The notes: generated by a model not told the origin, from the letters alone. 64,000 nt of DNA from an uncultured SAR86 cluster bacterium (GCA_902610995.1 CACLXU010000003.1:1598-65597); one strand, 5' to 3'; numbered from the stretch's first letter, positions 28,848 to 44,234 are shown. Made by a program: numbers and translations.

Positions 28848-28866
28848 ATTTTGTATGTAACAATTT
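28848..28866 (+). repeat. Left copy of a 19-bp inverted repeat (ATTTTGTATGTAACAATTT)
   Basis: Its reverse complement matches 29092-29110 at 18/19 positions. Confidence 0.85.
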
Positions 28867-28875
28867 TTATATTCA

Positions 28876-29091
28876 TTATTTTTTTAGTCTTTGATACAAA
28901 GAAATTGAACCATTTAAAAACCAAACAACAACCAAACCCCACCAAAGAATAAAGAACCAGTCATTCTTATTTGTACCATTCCATTCCAACCACTCAAATA
29001 CAAAACCTTCTACAAATAAATCAAATGATAGGAGAACAAAAAAACCAAAAACCCAGATTAAAAAGAAATTGAGATTGGTTAATTTATTCAT
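28876..29091 (-). CDS. Hypothetical membrane protein flanked by inverted repeats
   Basis: 71 aa with 2 TM segments, Trp/Phe-rich. Confidence 0.7.
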   Translation of the reverse strand: MNKLTNLNFFLIWVFGFFVLLSFDLFVEGFVFEWLEWNGTNKNDWFFILWWGLVVVWFLNGSISLYQRLKK

Positions 29092-29110
29092 AAACTGTTA
29101 CATACAAAAT
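29092..29110 (-). repeat. Right copy of the 19-bp inverted repeat (AAACTGTTACATACAAAAT on +)
   Basis: Fills the whole gap between the glmS stop and the next ATG. Confidence 0.85.
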
Positions 29111-30933
29111 TATTCGACCGTAACACTTTTCGCAAGGTTACGAGGTTTATCTACATCGGTCCCTTTTAGGAGCGCGGTGTAGTAGGAGATTAATTGCATC
29201 GGTACAACAGAAATTATTGGATTGTGCAGATCAAGCGTCTTGGGTATTTTTATATGGCCGCCATTTTTGCCGATCTTTGTTTTACCCAATGGTCCAATAG
29301 TTATTACCCTGCCTTTTCTTGCTGCGACTTCTTGGATATTGGATTGAATCTTATCCAAATGTTCATTGTCAGGCACTAAAGCCAAAACTGGCATATCCTT
29401 ATCAATAAGTGCAAGTGGCCCATGTTTTAACTCACCAGCAGGATAGGCTTCTGCATGAATGTAAGAGATTTCTTTTAATTTAAGTGCGCCCTCTCGAGCG
29501 ATTGGAAAGTACATTCCTCTACCTAAAAATAAGGCACTGTTTTTATTAAATAGTAGTTTTGCAACGTCTTTATAAACCTTGAGCATATCAAACGTTTTGT
29601 TAATTTTTTTAGGGAGCTGAAGTAAAGAGCTGGAAATATTTTGTATGGCTTTTTTTGGTTGCTTCTTGAGCTGCATCATTGTGAGCAGCAATAAATTTAA
29701 ACAAGCCAGTTGTGTTACAAACGCTTTAGTTGAAGCCACACCAATTTCAGGTCCAGCATTGGTTAGTAATGAGAAGTCAGATTCGCGACACATTGAGCTA
29801 TTCGCAACATTACATATGGTCAGAGTTACAGGCTTGCCTGTTTTTTTTGCAAACTTTAGTGAGGATAACGTATCTGCCGTTTCCCCGGACTGAGAGATGG
29901 TAACTAAGAGAGTTTTATCAGTTTTTATTGGTTCTTGATACTGGTATTCAGAGCCATAATCTACTCGGCAATTAACTCCTAGAAATTTATGTGACCAAAA
30001 TTCAAATATCCTGCCAGCGTGGAAGCTTGTGCCACAAGCAACAATCTGAATATTGGTTACATCTTTAACTTGATCTTCAAAACCCGCACCAAAAATACCT
30101 TCTTGGGTTCCTTCACTAGTAACTCTTCCTTGAAGAGCATCTTGAAGAGCCTTTGGTTGCTCAAAAATTTCCTTTTCCATAAAATGGCTGTAGCCAGCCA
30201 AATCGTTTGTAAAGCTATTTGAATCAATCTCTTGGGTTGGAATTTTCTTAGCGGTGCCATTCTTTGACATTATTTGAATTTTGTCGCTTCCAATTAAAGC
30301 GATCTGCCCGTCTTGAAGAAATTTAAATTTATTCGTTACTTGTGATAAAGCCATAACATCTGAAGCGATAAAGTTTTCCTCTATACCTTCACCAACCACT
30401 AAAGGACTGTGTTCTCTTGCTCCGATCACTAAATCAGGATTGTCCAAATCAATTATACCCAATGCATAGGCACCTTTGAGTTCAGCTATTGTTCGCATTA
30501 CTGCAGAGTCAAAATCATAACCTTTTGTTTTGTACAGATTTACTAGGTGTGATATCACTTCCGTATCTGTGTCAGATTTGAATTTAAATCCCTCTTTTGT
30601 AAGTTTTTTTCGTAAATTTTCGTGGTTTTCAATAATTCCGTTATGCACTACAAAAATGGAATTGCCTGAGTCTTGCGGATGGGCATTTTTTGTAGAGGGC
30701 ACACCATGTGTTGCCCATCGAGTGTGTGCAATTCCTTGTAAAGATTTTAAACTACCATCAAGCTGACTTTCCAAATCAGCCACCCTGCCTTGAGTCTTAA
30801 CTAAAGATACTTTTTTATTATTTCTAAATGCCACCCCTGCTGAGTCGTAACCACGATATTCTAACCGCTTAAGACCTTCAAGTAATATTGGCAATACATT
30901 TCTTTTTGATACTCCACCAACAATGCCGCACAT
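29110..30933 (-). CDS. glmS: Glutamine--fructose-6-phosphate aminotransferase
   Basis: MCGIVG N-terminus, HTRWATHG and PRNLAKSVTVE motifs. Confidence 0.98.
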   Translation of the reverse strand: MCGIVGGVSKRNVLPILLEGLKRLEYRGYDSAGVAFRNNKKVSLVKTQGRVADLESQLDGSLKSLQGIAHTRWATHGVPSTKNAHPQDSGNSIFVVHNGIIENHENLRKKLTKEGFKFKSDTDTEVISHLVNLYKTKGYDFDSAVMRTIAELKGAYALGIIDLDNPDLVIGAREHSPLVVGEGIEENFIASDVMALSQVTNKFKFLQDGQIALIGSDKIQIMSKNGTAKKIPTQEIDSNSFTNDLAGYSHFMEKEIFEQPKALQDALQGRVTSEGTQEGIFGAGFEDQVKDVTNIQIVACGTSFHAGRIFEFWSHKFLGVNCRVDYGSEYQYQEPIKTDKTLLVTISQSGETADTLSSLKFAKKTGKPVTLTICNVANSSMCRESDFSLLTNAGPEIGVASTKAFVTQLACLNLLLLTMMQLKKQPKKAIQNISSSLLQLPKKINKTFDMLKVYKDVAKLLFNKNSALFLGRGMYFPIAREGALKLKEISYIHAEAYPAGELKHGPLALIDKDMPVLALVPDNEHLDKIQSNIQEVAARKGRVITIGPLGKTKIGKNGGHIKIPKTLDLHNPIISVVPMQLISYYTALLKGTDVDKPRNLAKSVTVE

Positions 30934-32291
30934 TATTTCTTCTTCCAGTTCTTTTTGGTGGTTTGTTTTGATCTGCCAAAAGCTAAAGAATTTGATGGCA
31001 CATCTTGAGTAATAACAGAACCCGCAGCAATGTATGATTTTTTTCCTATTTTCACTGGAGCCACTAATGAGCTATTCGTGCCAACAAAAACATTGTCCGA
31101 AATATTGGTTTTGTGTTTCTTTTTGCCATCGTAGTTGCAGGTTATCGTCCCTGCACCAATGTTTGATTTTTTTCCAATCTGGGCATCACCTAAGTAGGCA
31201 TGATGATTCGCTTTTGAGCCCTCGCCAATTTTTGAATTCTTAATTTCGACAAAATTTCCAACTTTGCTTGAACTCTCAAGTATTGCTCCTGATCTTAATC
31301 TTGCAAATGGGCCGACCTCAACATTGGATGCAATTTTGCTATCTTCAATAGAGCAAAAATCTTTGATGATGCTTCCCTTAAGAATCTTGGAGTTGCTTAT
31401 CAAGCAATTCGACTCAATAACAACACTGTCGCCCAGCTGAACATTACCTTTAAGGGTTACATTGTTTCCAATTTTTACATCTTTACCAACCTTCAATTGG
31501 CCTTCGACATAACAGGTGTCTTCATCTTTAAAAATAGTTCCTTTTTGTTTAGCAGCACGAATATTTAGAGCAACCATAGCTTTGTAAAGATCGCTTAATT
31601 CATTTTTGTTGTTTGCTCCCAGAACCTCCTCTTGTTCAATAGAGTACGAGCCGACTTTATTTTTTGTTCTTTGTGCATACGAAACCAAATCTGTTAAGTA
31701 ATATTCACCCGCAGCATTATTACGTACTAATGTCTTTAGCCCTTTTTTCAAAAAAGCATTATCGACAACCATGATGCCACTAAAAATTTCTTGGATTTGT
31801 TTCTCTTTGCTGTTTGCATCAGCTTCTTCTCTTATGGCTTCAATATCTTGTTTTTCTGTTCTTACCACACGACCATAACCCTTCGGATTTTTGAGATTAG
31901 TTGTAAGTATCGAGATTTTTTTTCTTAAAGAAGATCTAATAAGTTTTTTAAGGGTTTTAGCTGACACCAATGGCACATCAGAATAGAGCACAATAGTTTT
32001 TCCATTAACTGGAATGTACGGAGCAGCCTGTCGGACGGCATGGCCGGTCCCTAACCGTTCTTTTTGTTCACAAAAAATAAAATCGCCTGAATTGTTTGAA
32101 AGTACATATTTTTTGACCTCATCTTTTTTGAAACCAGTAACCAAAATTGTCTTTTCCGGGTTCATGATTTTTATTGTGTTAAGCGAATGTTGGACAAGAG
32201 GATCGGATCCTAACATTACTAAGGGTTTTGGCAGATCTGTTTTCATGCGCTTGCCTTCACCTGCGGCAAGCAAAACTATACTTAAACTCAT
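30933..32291 (-). CDS. glmU: Bifunctional UDP-GlcNAc pyrophosphorylase/acetyltransferase
   Basis: LAAGEGKRM, LGTGHA, EYYLTD, hexapeptide repeats and ITCNYDG. Confidence 0.96.
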   Translation of the reverse strand: MSLSIVLLAAGEGKRMKTDLPKPLVMLGSDPLVQHSLNTIKIMNPEKTILVTGFKKDEVKKYVLSNNSGDFIFCEQKERLGTGHAVRQAAPYIPVNGKTIVLYSDVPLVSAKTLKKLIRSSLRKKISILTTNLKNPKGYGRVVRTEKQDIEAIREEADANSKEKQIQEIFSGIMVVDNAFLKKGLKTLVRNNAAGEYYLTDLVSYAQRTKNKVGSYSIEQEEVLGANNKNELSDLYKAMVALNIRAAKQKGTIFKDEDTCYVEGQLKVGKDVKIGNNVTLKGNVQLGDSVVIESNCLISNSKILKGSIIKDFCSIEDSKIASNVEVGPFARLRSGAILESSSKVGNFVEIKNSKIGEGSKANHHAYLGDAQIGKKSNIGAGTITCNYDGKKKHKTNISDNVFVGTNSSLVAPVKIGKKSYIAAGSVITQDVPSNSLAFGRSKQTTKKNWKKK

Positions 32292-32313
32292 AATTTAAAT
32301 GGTTATTTTAGTG

Positions 32314-35000
<2,687 letters not shown>

Positions 35001-35001
<1 letters not shown>

Positions 35002-36548
35002 TAAAAGGAACCCTCTTTCATAAATCCATCTAGAATTTTTTTGTACTTTTTCTCAAGATCATCATTCCAATCTCCAGAAGCATTTACTTCTGTCCATACA
35101 TCTGTGTATTTGGTTTTGAAATAATCTCGCAGGTTTTCTTCAAATGATTGCATCTTCTCTTTATCAACTTCCTTAAGGTATTTGTATTCAATAGCAAACA
35201 ATACTATTGAAATACAAGCTATAGATCTTGGTGAAAATTGAGTTTGTTTGAATAGTTCGGTAATCCGTTGTCCATTTTCTAATTGCTCTTTTGTTGCATC
35301 ATCAAGGTCTGAAGCAAATTGTGAAAATGATTCCAGCTCTCTAAATTGTGCAAGTGCTAATTTAACACCCCCACCTAATTTTTTGATTATTTTTGTTTGT
35401 GCTGCTCCACCAACCCTTGATACCGAAATACCAACATTAATAGCTGGCCTAATTCCAGAGTTAAAAAGGTCAGTTTCCAGGAATATTTGCCCATCAGTTA
35501 TAGAAATAACATTAGTCGGAATGAAGGCTGAAACATCACTAGCTTGAGTTTCTATTATTGGTAAGGCTGTTAAAGATCCTGTTTTTCCTTTCACCTTCCC
35601 ATTAGTCAATCTCTCTACGTAGTCAGGATTAACTCTTGCTGCTCTTTCAAGAAGTCTTGAGTGAAGGTAAAAAATATCTCCTGGAAATGCTTCTCTTCCA
35701 GGGGGTCTTTTTAAGAGGAGTGAAATCTGTCTATATGCGACAGCGTGTTTTGATAGATCATCATAAATAATTAATGCATCTTCTCCCCTATCCCTAAAGT
35801 ATTCTCCCATAGTGCAACCAGAATAAGGCGCAATAAATTGTAAGGACGCGCTTTCAGCGGCACTAGCTGAAACAATAATTGTATTCTCAAGAGCACCTGC
35901 TTCTTCTAATTGTCTAACTACAGTGGCAACTGTGGACTGCTTCTGTCCAATAGCTACATAAACACAAGTTATGTCAGAGTCTTTTTGGTTAATAATTGTG
36001 TCAACTGCAATAGCTGTTTTTCCTGTCTGTCTATCACCAATAATAAGTTCCCTTTGGCCCCTGCCGATAGGCACCATCACATCGATAGATTTAAGCCCTG
36101 TTTGTACAGGCTGATCAACTGATTGGCGATCAATTACGCCAGGCGCTACAACTTCTATTGGGGAATAGCCATCACCTTTAACTTCACCCTTTCCATCAAT
36201 AGGTCTCCCTAAAGCGTCTATAACCCTGCCCTTTAAACCTTCTCCAACTGGAACCTCTAAAATTCTTCCTGTGGTTTTGACTTTTTGCCCCTCTTTAATG
36301 TGGCCGGCATCACCAAGAACAACTGCCCCCACAGAATCAGTTTCAAGGTTGAGGGCCATACCTAAAGTTCCTTCGCCAAAATCTAGAAGCTCACCATACA
36401 TTGCATCCTCAAGACCATGTATTTGTACAATACCGTCAGCAGTCGATAAGACCTCGCCAACATTAGATTCAGTTTGAGCTCCTTGAAAGCCTTCAATTTT
36501 CTTTTTGATTATATTTGAAATCTCTGATGGGTTTATTTTAGTTGTCAT
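35001..36548 (-). CDS. atpA: ATP synthase F1 alpha subunit
   Basis: GDRQTGKT and [10 protein letters not shown] motifs. Confidence 0.98.
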
Positions 36549-36557
36549 TTGTACTCC

Positions 36558-37076
36558 TTATGTGGCCAACATTATTTTTAATTCGTTATATTTGTTGTTG
36601 ATGCTTAAATCAATCTCGTTATCTTTGTACTTTAAAATTATTCCGCCTAGGATATTTTTCTTAACTTGATAATTTATTGGTGTTGAGGGGCCGATATTTT
36701 CTTTTACAAACTCTGATACCTTCTCCTTAATCTCGTCAGATGGTGGGCTGCTTACCGAAACTTTAACTGGGATGTTGTTTTGTTTTTTTTGAGCGAATTC
36801 AACAAAATGTCTGAAAATATCTGGAATAAGTTCAAACCTATTGTTATTAAATAGGGTTTTTGCGAAGGCTTGTAATGCTTTATTCTCTCCAAAAAGATCC
36901 AAAGCAAAATTAAGCTTTTCTGTCTTGCTTATTGTTTTGTTTTTAAAAAGGTTTTGCATTTCTTCTTTATGCTCTTTTGAATCAAGGCTTTCAAATAAAC
37001 TTAATACCTCTTCACACAGAACCTCATCAATCGAACTGTATAAGCCTTTAGAATAGATTTCTAACAATTTTTTCAT
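36558..37076 (-). CDS. atpH: ATP synthase delta subunit (divergent)
   Basis: ILGGIIL....EIDLS motif; operon position. Confidence 0.85.
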   Translation of the reverse strand: MKKLLEIYSKGLYSSIDEVLCEEVLSLFESLDSKEHKEEMQNLFKNKTISKTEKLNFALDLFGENKALQAFAKTLFNNNRFELIPDIFRHFVEFAQKKQNNIPVKVSVSSPPSDEIKEKVSEFVKENIGPSTPINYQVKKNILGGIILKYKDNEIDLSINNKYNELKIMLAT

Positions 37077-37549
37077 TTTCTAAAATCTTCCAAGCTTTTG
37101 TTGATGGTCTCCTCGTGATTTGAAGATGAGATTTCTTTCGAGATAATTTTTTTTGCAGCCGCCATTACGTTTGTTGCAAAATCTTTCTCTAATGATTTTT
37201 TTGCATTTACCACTTCTTTTTCTATCTCTGACTGAGCAGACCCCACAATTCTATCTTTTTCTTCATTAGCTTTGTTTTTTGCATCGTCAACAATCTTTTC
37301 AGCCTGTGATTTTGCATTATCAAGAACCTTTTTTGCTTCACTTTTTGCTTTTGTGATCATTTTTTTTGATTCGGCTTCGGCTTCAACAATCTTCTTGGCG
37401 CTGTCTTCAGAATCTTTAAGGCCTTGTTCAATTTTTGCAGCTCTTTCTTCCATAGCTGCTAATAAAGGTGGCCAAACAAACTTCCAACAAAACCAAACAA
37501 ACAGCCCAAAGGCTATCATTTGCCCTAAAAGTGTAGCGTTGATATTCAT
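37073..37549 (-). CDS. atpF: ATP synthase Fo subunit b
   Basis: [25 protein letters not shown]-terminus. Confidence 0.96.
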   Translation of the reverse strand: MNINATLLGQMIAFGLFVWFCWKFVWPPLLAAMEERAAKIEQGLKDSEDSAKKIVEAEAESKKMITKAKSEAKKVLDNAKSQAEKIVDDAKNKANEEKDRIVGSAQSEIEKEVVNAKKSLEKDFATNVMAAAKKIISKEISSSNHEETINKSLEDFRK

Positions 37550-37552
37550 TTT

Positions 37553-37783
37553 TTACGCAACAAACAATACATAAAATGCTAGTCCAACAGAAATCATTGG
37601 AACAGCATCGACCAAACCAATACCTAAAAAGTACGTTGGTCTCAATTGATCTTCAAGCTCTGGTTGTCTCGCAATAGATTCGATGAGTTTTGAGCTTAAC
37701 ACTCCTGCACCTACACCGGCTCCAATTGCAGCCAATCCAAACATAATTCCAGCTCCTATAAATTTTGCAGCTTCTACTTCCAT
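37553..37783 (-). CDS. atpE: ATP synthase Fo subunit c
   Basis: GxGxG and ARQP motifs, ion-binding Asp in GLVDAVP; AGGAGG RBS before ATG 37783. Confidence 0.95.
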   Translation of the reverse strand: MEVEAAKFIGAGIMFGLAAIGAGVGAGVLSSKLIESIARQPELEDQLRPTYFLGIGLVDAVPMISVGLAFYVLFVA

Positions 37784-37796
37784 ATACACAACCTCC

Positions 37797-39607
<1,811 letters not shown>

Positions 39608-39636
<29 letters not shown>

Positions 39637-40384
39637 ACCTTCTTATAAATTCCCCTGAGAGGCTTAAAAATGCCTCTCCTCCTATAGACTTTATATCATA
39701 ATCAACTATAGATTGGCCATAGCTTGGCGCTTCGGCTAACCTTACATTTCTGGGTATTATTGTGTTAAGGACTTTTGATTTAAAGTGCTTTTCAAGCTGA
39801 CCTGAAACTTCTCTTGTAAGCCTGTTTCGCCAATCTGCCATTGTTCTAAGAATTGCGGCAATTTCAATTTTTAACCCCCTTGAGTCGTTGAGCTGCTCTA
39901 TTGTTGATTTTAATGTTACCAGCCCTTCAAGCGCATAGTATTCACATTGCACCGGCACCAACACAGAACCACAATACTCCATTGCATTTATTGTAAGCAG
40001 GTTAAGTGATGGTGGGCAGTCAACCAGAATGTAGTCATAATCTTTGGCGAGTTTGAGGTTTTTGGAAAAAAACTTTTCTCTCTCTTTGGTGTTTTCAATA
40101 ATTTTTTCAGTTGCAACAAGGTTGGGGTTTGCTGGAATGATTTTATATCCACCCGAGGCATCAAGGATGTACTTATCAATCTTGTCTTTGAGCTCAAAAT
40201 GTTCATATAACGATTCGCAGTCATTTTTTGAAATGCCCGCTGCTGATGTGGCGTTGCTTTGTGCATCTATATCAATTAGTAGAACTTTTCTCTTGGCCTT
40301 AGAGAGCGCTGCTGCAAGATTAACTGCTGTTGTTGTTTTGCCGACACCTCCCTTCTGGTTGGTAATTGCTATTTTAATTGTCAT
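39608..40384 (-). CDS. parA: Chromosome partitioning ATPase ParA/Soj
   Basis: NQKGGVGKTT, DCPPS and IPRNVRLAEAPS motifs. Confidence 0.96.
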
Positions 40385-40967
40385 AAATTTCTACAACACA
40401 CATATCACCAAGATTAGATTTATATGTGTGTATCTTGTAATCATATAACAAAGGCTTTATTTCTAATATCTCTTCTTGGGTTTTTTCGTTGTTCTTTTTG
40501 AAAAAAAGGAGGTTCGCTCTTTTTTTGTTAGGCTTAGATTTTTGAATGGCGGTTTTCAGTGTTGAAAATGCCTTAAAAACAGCTGTATGCTCATTTGAGA
40601 AGTTATGTTCTTCAAGTCTCGTGTGTTTACAGGCCGCGTTCTGAAGTTCTAGTTTTCTTATAAGTGTTTTTTGAAATTCTATTTTTTTCTGACTGGAATC
40701 AATGCTGAGGACTTTTATTTTTTCGTTAAGAATGGCCCAAACAAGCCCAGGTATACCAGAGCCAGAACCATAGTCAATTAGGTTTTCTTTAACGGACTGT
40801 GCACAAATGTTATATGCTTGCACACAATCATCAATTTGCTCAAAAAAGAATTTATCTCCATGTTTGTAGGAGGTAAGGTTGTGTTTTTCGTTTCCCTCCA
40901 CAATAAGTTTCGAGAGGGTTTTTAGTTTTTTTATTTTAGCTTCTGATAGCATCAATCTTTTTGGCAT
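40374..40967 (-). CDS. rsmG: 16S rRNA m7G527 methyltransferase (divergent)
   Basis: N...NLT and D.GSG.G.PG motifs; follows mnmG. Confidence 0.88.
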   Translation of the reverse strand: MPKRLMLSEAKIKKLKTLSKLIVEGNEKHNLTSYKHGDKFFFEQIDDCVQAYNICAQSVKENLIDYGSGSGIPGLVWAILNEKIKVLSIDSSQKKIEFQKTLIRKLELQNAACKHTRLEEHNFSNEHTAVFKAFSTLKTAIQKSKPNKKRANLLFFKKNNEKTQEEILEIKPLLYDYKIHTYKSNLGDMCVVEIYDN

Positions 40968-42744
40968 GTATTGTAATCACATTCAGTGCAGCTGGTGTGA
41001 TGCCTTCAATTTTGCTTGCATCTAAAAGGGTTTGGGGTTTGTGGTAATTGAGTTTTTCTTTCAGCTCTCCAGAAAGGCCTACAACTTCTTGGTAGTCAAA
41101 AATTAAACCTAGAGAAAAATCGTCTAATGTTTTCATTTTCTCTATTTCTCTTTCTTGCTTCTTAACATAACCGGAATATTTTGCATCATAATAAACTGCC
41201 GTGAATTCAGAGGTGTTGTCTGGATTAAGTTTAAACACATCTTGTTCTGAAAAGTCGCTTCTCTTGCATAGGTCATAAAGTGTTACTTTTTTGCCGGTGA
41301 GGTTTATTGAATTGCCTCTTAAAGAAACCAGAACTTTTTGTTTTTTTCTTTGTTTTTGATGAAAGGCCTCTATTCTTTCTTCACTCAAAAGATTAAGTTT
41401 TTTTGCAGACTCAAAGAGTCTTTCGTCAGCATTCTCCTGCCTAAGAAGCAGCCTATGTTCTGCCCGTGATGTGAACATTCTGTAGGGTTCGCTTACTCCA
41501 AATTTTGTTAAATCATCAACCAAAACACCAAGGTAAGAGCTTGATCTTTGTGGCACCCATTTTTCTTTCCCCAGCACATTTAGTGAAGCGTTTATTCCAG
41601 CAATAATTCCTTGTGCACCTGCTTCCTCATATCCTGTGGTACCATTAATCTGACCGGCCAGATAAAGGTTGTCGGACTTTTTAAATAGCAGGTCTTTGCT
41701 CATGTTTCTTGGGTCAATATAGTCGTACTCCACTGCATATCCATATTGGAGTATTTTTGCATTCTCAAACCCCTTTATTGATTGAACGTATTCTTCTTGT
41801 GTCTCTTTTGGCAAACTTGTAGATATGCCATTAGGGTACATCCAATCAGAATCAATTCCCTCTGGCTCTAAAAAAATTTGATGGTCTTTTTTTTCTGAAA
41901 ACCTGACAATCTTGTCTTCAATGGAGGGGCAATATCTGGGGCCCACCCCACTTATCAAACCGGAATACATTGCTGACTTCTTTATGTCTCTATTGATAAT
42001 TTTATGAGTTTCAGGATTCGTTCTGGTTATATGACATATTGTTTGTTGAGGATGTTGATTTTTTTGTCCCAAAAATGACATGTACAACCCGCTTTCACCT
42101 GGTTGCTCCTCGAGACCCCTAAAATTAATTGTCTTCTTTGAAAGTCTTGGGGGTGTTCCTGTCTTAAGCCTACCAAGTGTTACATCTTTTGAAAGAAAAT
42201 ACCTTTCTAAGCCAGTTGATTTTTTTTCATCAATTCTACCACCATCGACTTTTTTTGATCCAATCAAAATTGACCCGTTTAGAAATGTACCGGTTGTTAG
42301 CACAAATGATTTTCCAAAATATTCACCCCTCTTTCCTCTTGCTGAAATGATTTTATTGTTTTTTTCACAAAAATCCTCGACTTCGTCCTCTATAACATGA
42401 ATACCAAACTCATTAATAAAACTTTGAATAGTTTTCTCATATAAATTTTTGTCTGTCTGTGCTCTTAATGCTTGTACTGCTGGCCCCTTTTTTTTGTTAA
42501 GTGTTTTAAACTGAATTCCAGAAAGATCGGTTGCTTCGGCAATGACTCCTCCAAGCGCATCTATTTCTCTGGCTAAATGTGTTTTACCTATACCCCCAAC
42601 AGCAGGATTACATGACATTCTTCCAATCTTTTCCTGATCTAATGTAATGAGAGCAACGTCAAGCTTCATCCTCCTGCCTGCAACAGCAGCTTCAACACCA
42701 GCATGCCCTCCTCCTATTACTATTAAATCAAACTTATTATTCAT
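40936..42744 (-). CDS. mnmG: tRNA uridine-5-carboxymethylaminomethyl synthesis enzyme MnmG (GidA)
   Basis: GGGHAG, MSCNPA.GG, GPRYCPSIEDK and GQINGTTGYEEA motifs. Confidence 0.97.
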   Translation of the reverse strand: MNNKFDLIVIGGGHAGVEAAVAGRRMKLDVALITLDQEKIGRMSCNPAVGGIGKTHLAREIDALGGVIAEATDLSGIQFKTLNKKKGPAVQALRAQTDKNLYEKTIQSFINEFGIHVIEDEVEDFCEKNNKIISARGKRGEYFGKSFVLTTGTFLNGSILIGSKKVDGGRIDEKKSTGLERYFLSKDVTLGRLKTGTPPRLSKKTINFRGLEEQPGESGLYMSFLGQKNQHPQQTICHITRTNPETHKIINRDIKKSAMYSGLISGVGPRYCPSIEDKIVRFSEKKDHQIFLEPEGIDSDWMYPNGISTSLPKETQEEYVQSIKGFENAKILQYGYAVEYDYIDPRNMSKDLLFKKSDNLYLAGQINGTTGYEEAGAQGIIAGINASLNVLGKEKWVPQRSSSYLGVLVDDLTKFGVSEPYRMFTSRAEHRLLLRQENADERLFESAKKLNLLSEERIEAFHQKQRKKQKVLVSLRGNSINLTGKKVTLYDLCKRSDFSEQDVFKLNPDNTSEFTAVYYDAKYSGYVKKQEREIEKMKTLDDFSLGLIFDYQEVVGLSGELKEKLNYHKPQTLLDASKIEGITPAALNVITIHAKKIDAIRS

Positions 42745-42929
42745 CTTTTGTTTATTGTTATTATTTAGCTTGTAGCTTTATGTTAATAAGTGTGAATTAT
42801 ATATTTAAAATAAGGTGTGCATCAAAACCAAACTACATAAGATTTTTGTTTAAAACCTTTTAGAATTATATGTTTTTACTGTGCACACATTGTTAATAAA
42901 TAATTACCAACAATTTAAGCACAAGAAAT
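42745..42929. other. Candidate replication origin (AT-rich, cluster of degenerate DnaA boxes)
   Basis: Largest clearly non-coding gap near dnaA, upstream of mnmG. DnaA-box-like 9-mers at 42781 and 42891 (TGTTAATAA), 42791 (TGTGAATTA), 42816 (TGTGCATCA), 42904 (TTACCAACA) and 42915 (TTAAGCACA). Confidence 0.6.
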
Positions 42930-44234
42930 CTATTTGCCTATGCAGAACTTTTGAAATATTTGATCTAATATTTTTTCGTTATCAAAATCGCCATATATTT
43001 CTTTCAGAAGAATTAATGCGTCCCTTGCATTCTGTGCATTAATTTCATAAAAATCCTTTTCGTTACTGGAAGCAGATAGTGTTTTAACTGTTTTTTCAAT
43101 ATTTCCATAAACCCTTTCCGAGGTGTAAAAAACACTTTCCTCAACGTTTAGTTTTTTTATTAACTCTTCCACTAAAACATTCATCCCCTCACCAGTTTTT
43201 GCTGAAAGAGGGATCCAACCCTTTGGTATAGTGCGCCCTTCAAAAAGATCTATCTTGTTCATAACTAAAAGATCGGTTTTTGGTTTATTTTTAAAATTAC
43301 TTTCTTGATCACTAACCCAAATAGATATTTCAGCACCATCTAGAGCTTTGTAAGATTTTTCAATACCTTCTTGCTCAACAAGGGTTTCACCGTTTCTTAT
43401 TCCTGCAGTGTCATTTACCTCAAGCTCAATCCCTTCCATCACAATCGTTTTCCTCACCACATCCCTTGTTGTCCCAGGAGTATTAGAAACTATGGCTATA
43501 TCTTCTTTAAGCAACCGATTAAACAAAGATGATTTACCAACATTTGGCGGACCTATTATTACTGCCCTTTGTCTAGCTTCTAGATCTCTAATCGGCCTGT
43601 AATTTTTTAACAATCTTTTAAGATCATGTAAGATTTGCTCAATATTTTTAGCAATTTCATTTCTTTCTAAATCCGAAACCCCATCTTCGTCAGAAAAATC
43701 AAGCTGAGACTCTAATGCAACCAATAAGCTTTCTAACGAATTAGATATGTTGAATATTTTTTGACCTAAATCCCCTGATCTAAATTTTTCTAAAGAAATA
43801 AGGTCATTCTTGTTTTGTGCTTGTATTCCTAACATAAGGCTCTCAGCCTCGTCCAAACTAACCTTTCCATTTAAATACGCTCTTTTGCTGAAGTCTCCTG
43901 GTGAAGCTTCTTCAACACCATACCCATCCAGCAAGGTGAACACATCAGCTATAATCACTGGGTTGCCATGACAATGTATTTCTATCAAATGCTCCCCCGT
44001 GTATGATTCAGGCGCTGGGAAATTTAAAACCAGGCATTTATCAGAATAATCACCCAGATCGATTTTTCTTACAAAACACCCCCTTGAGTTTTTTTGCAAG
44101 GAAAGCTTCTCAAGAAGTTTTTTTGGGATTGAGGTGCCAGTAACTCTTATTACGGCGATAGCTGATCGACCTGAAGGGGTTGCTAAAGCATATATTGTGT
44201 CAATTTTATCAGCCACCTCCACCACTGCCATCAC
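42930..44234 (-). CDS. mnmE: tRNA modification GTPase MnmE (true start may be slightly downstream)
   Basis: TI.A.ATP.G, GPPNVGKSS, GTTRD, DTAGIR and the C-terminal FCIGK. Confidence 0.96.
   Translation of the reverse strand: MMAVVEVADKIDTIYALATPSGRSAIAVIRVTGTSIPKKLLEKLSLQKNSRGCFVRKIDLGDYSDKCLVLNFPAPESYTGEHLIEIHCHGNPVIIADVFTLLDGYGVEEASPGDFSKRAYLNGKVSLDEAESLMLGIQAQNKNDLISLEKFRSGDLGQKIFNISNSLESLLVALESQLDFSDEDGVSDLERNEIAKNIEQILHDLKRLLKNYRPIRDLEARQRAVIIGPPNVGKSSLFNRLLKEDIAIVSNTPGTTRDVVRKTIVMEGIELEVNDTAGIRNGETLVEQEGIEKSYKALDGAEISIWVSDQESNFKNKPKTDLLVMNKIDLFEGRTIPKGWIPLSAKTGEGMNVLVEELIKKLNVEESVFYTSERVYGNIEKTVKTLSASSNEKDFYEINAQNARDALILLKEIYGDFDNEKILDQIFQKFCIGK

Noticed and set aside
24236-29091. Integron cassette array
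   Set aside because: No intI, and the spacers lack RYYYAAC...GTTRRRY attC hairpins; several are too short to hold one.
28848-29110. Canonical Tn7 insertion or XerCD dif-like module at glmS
   Set aside because: No tns genes, no 5-bp target duplication, the wrong distance from the glmS stop, and only a weak match to the XerD arm.
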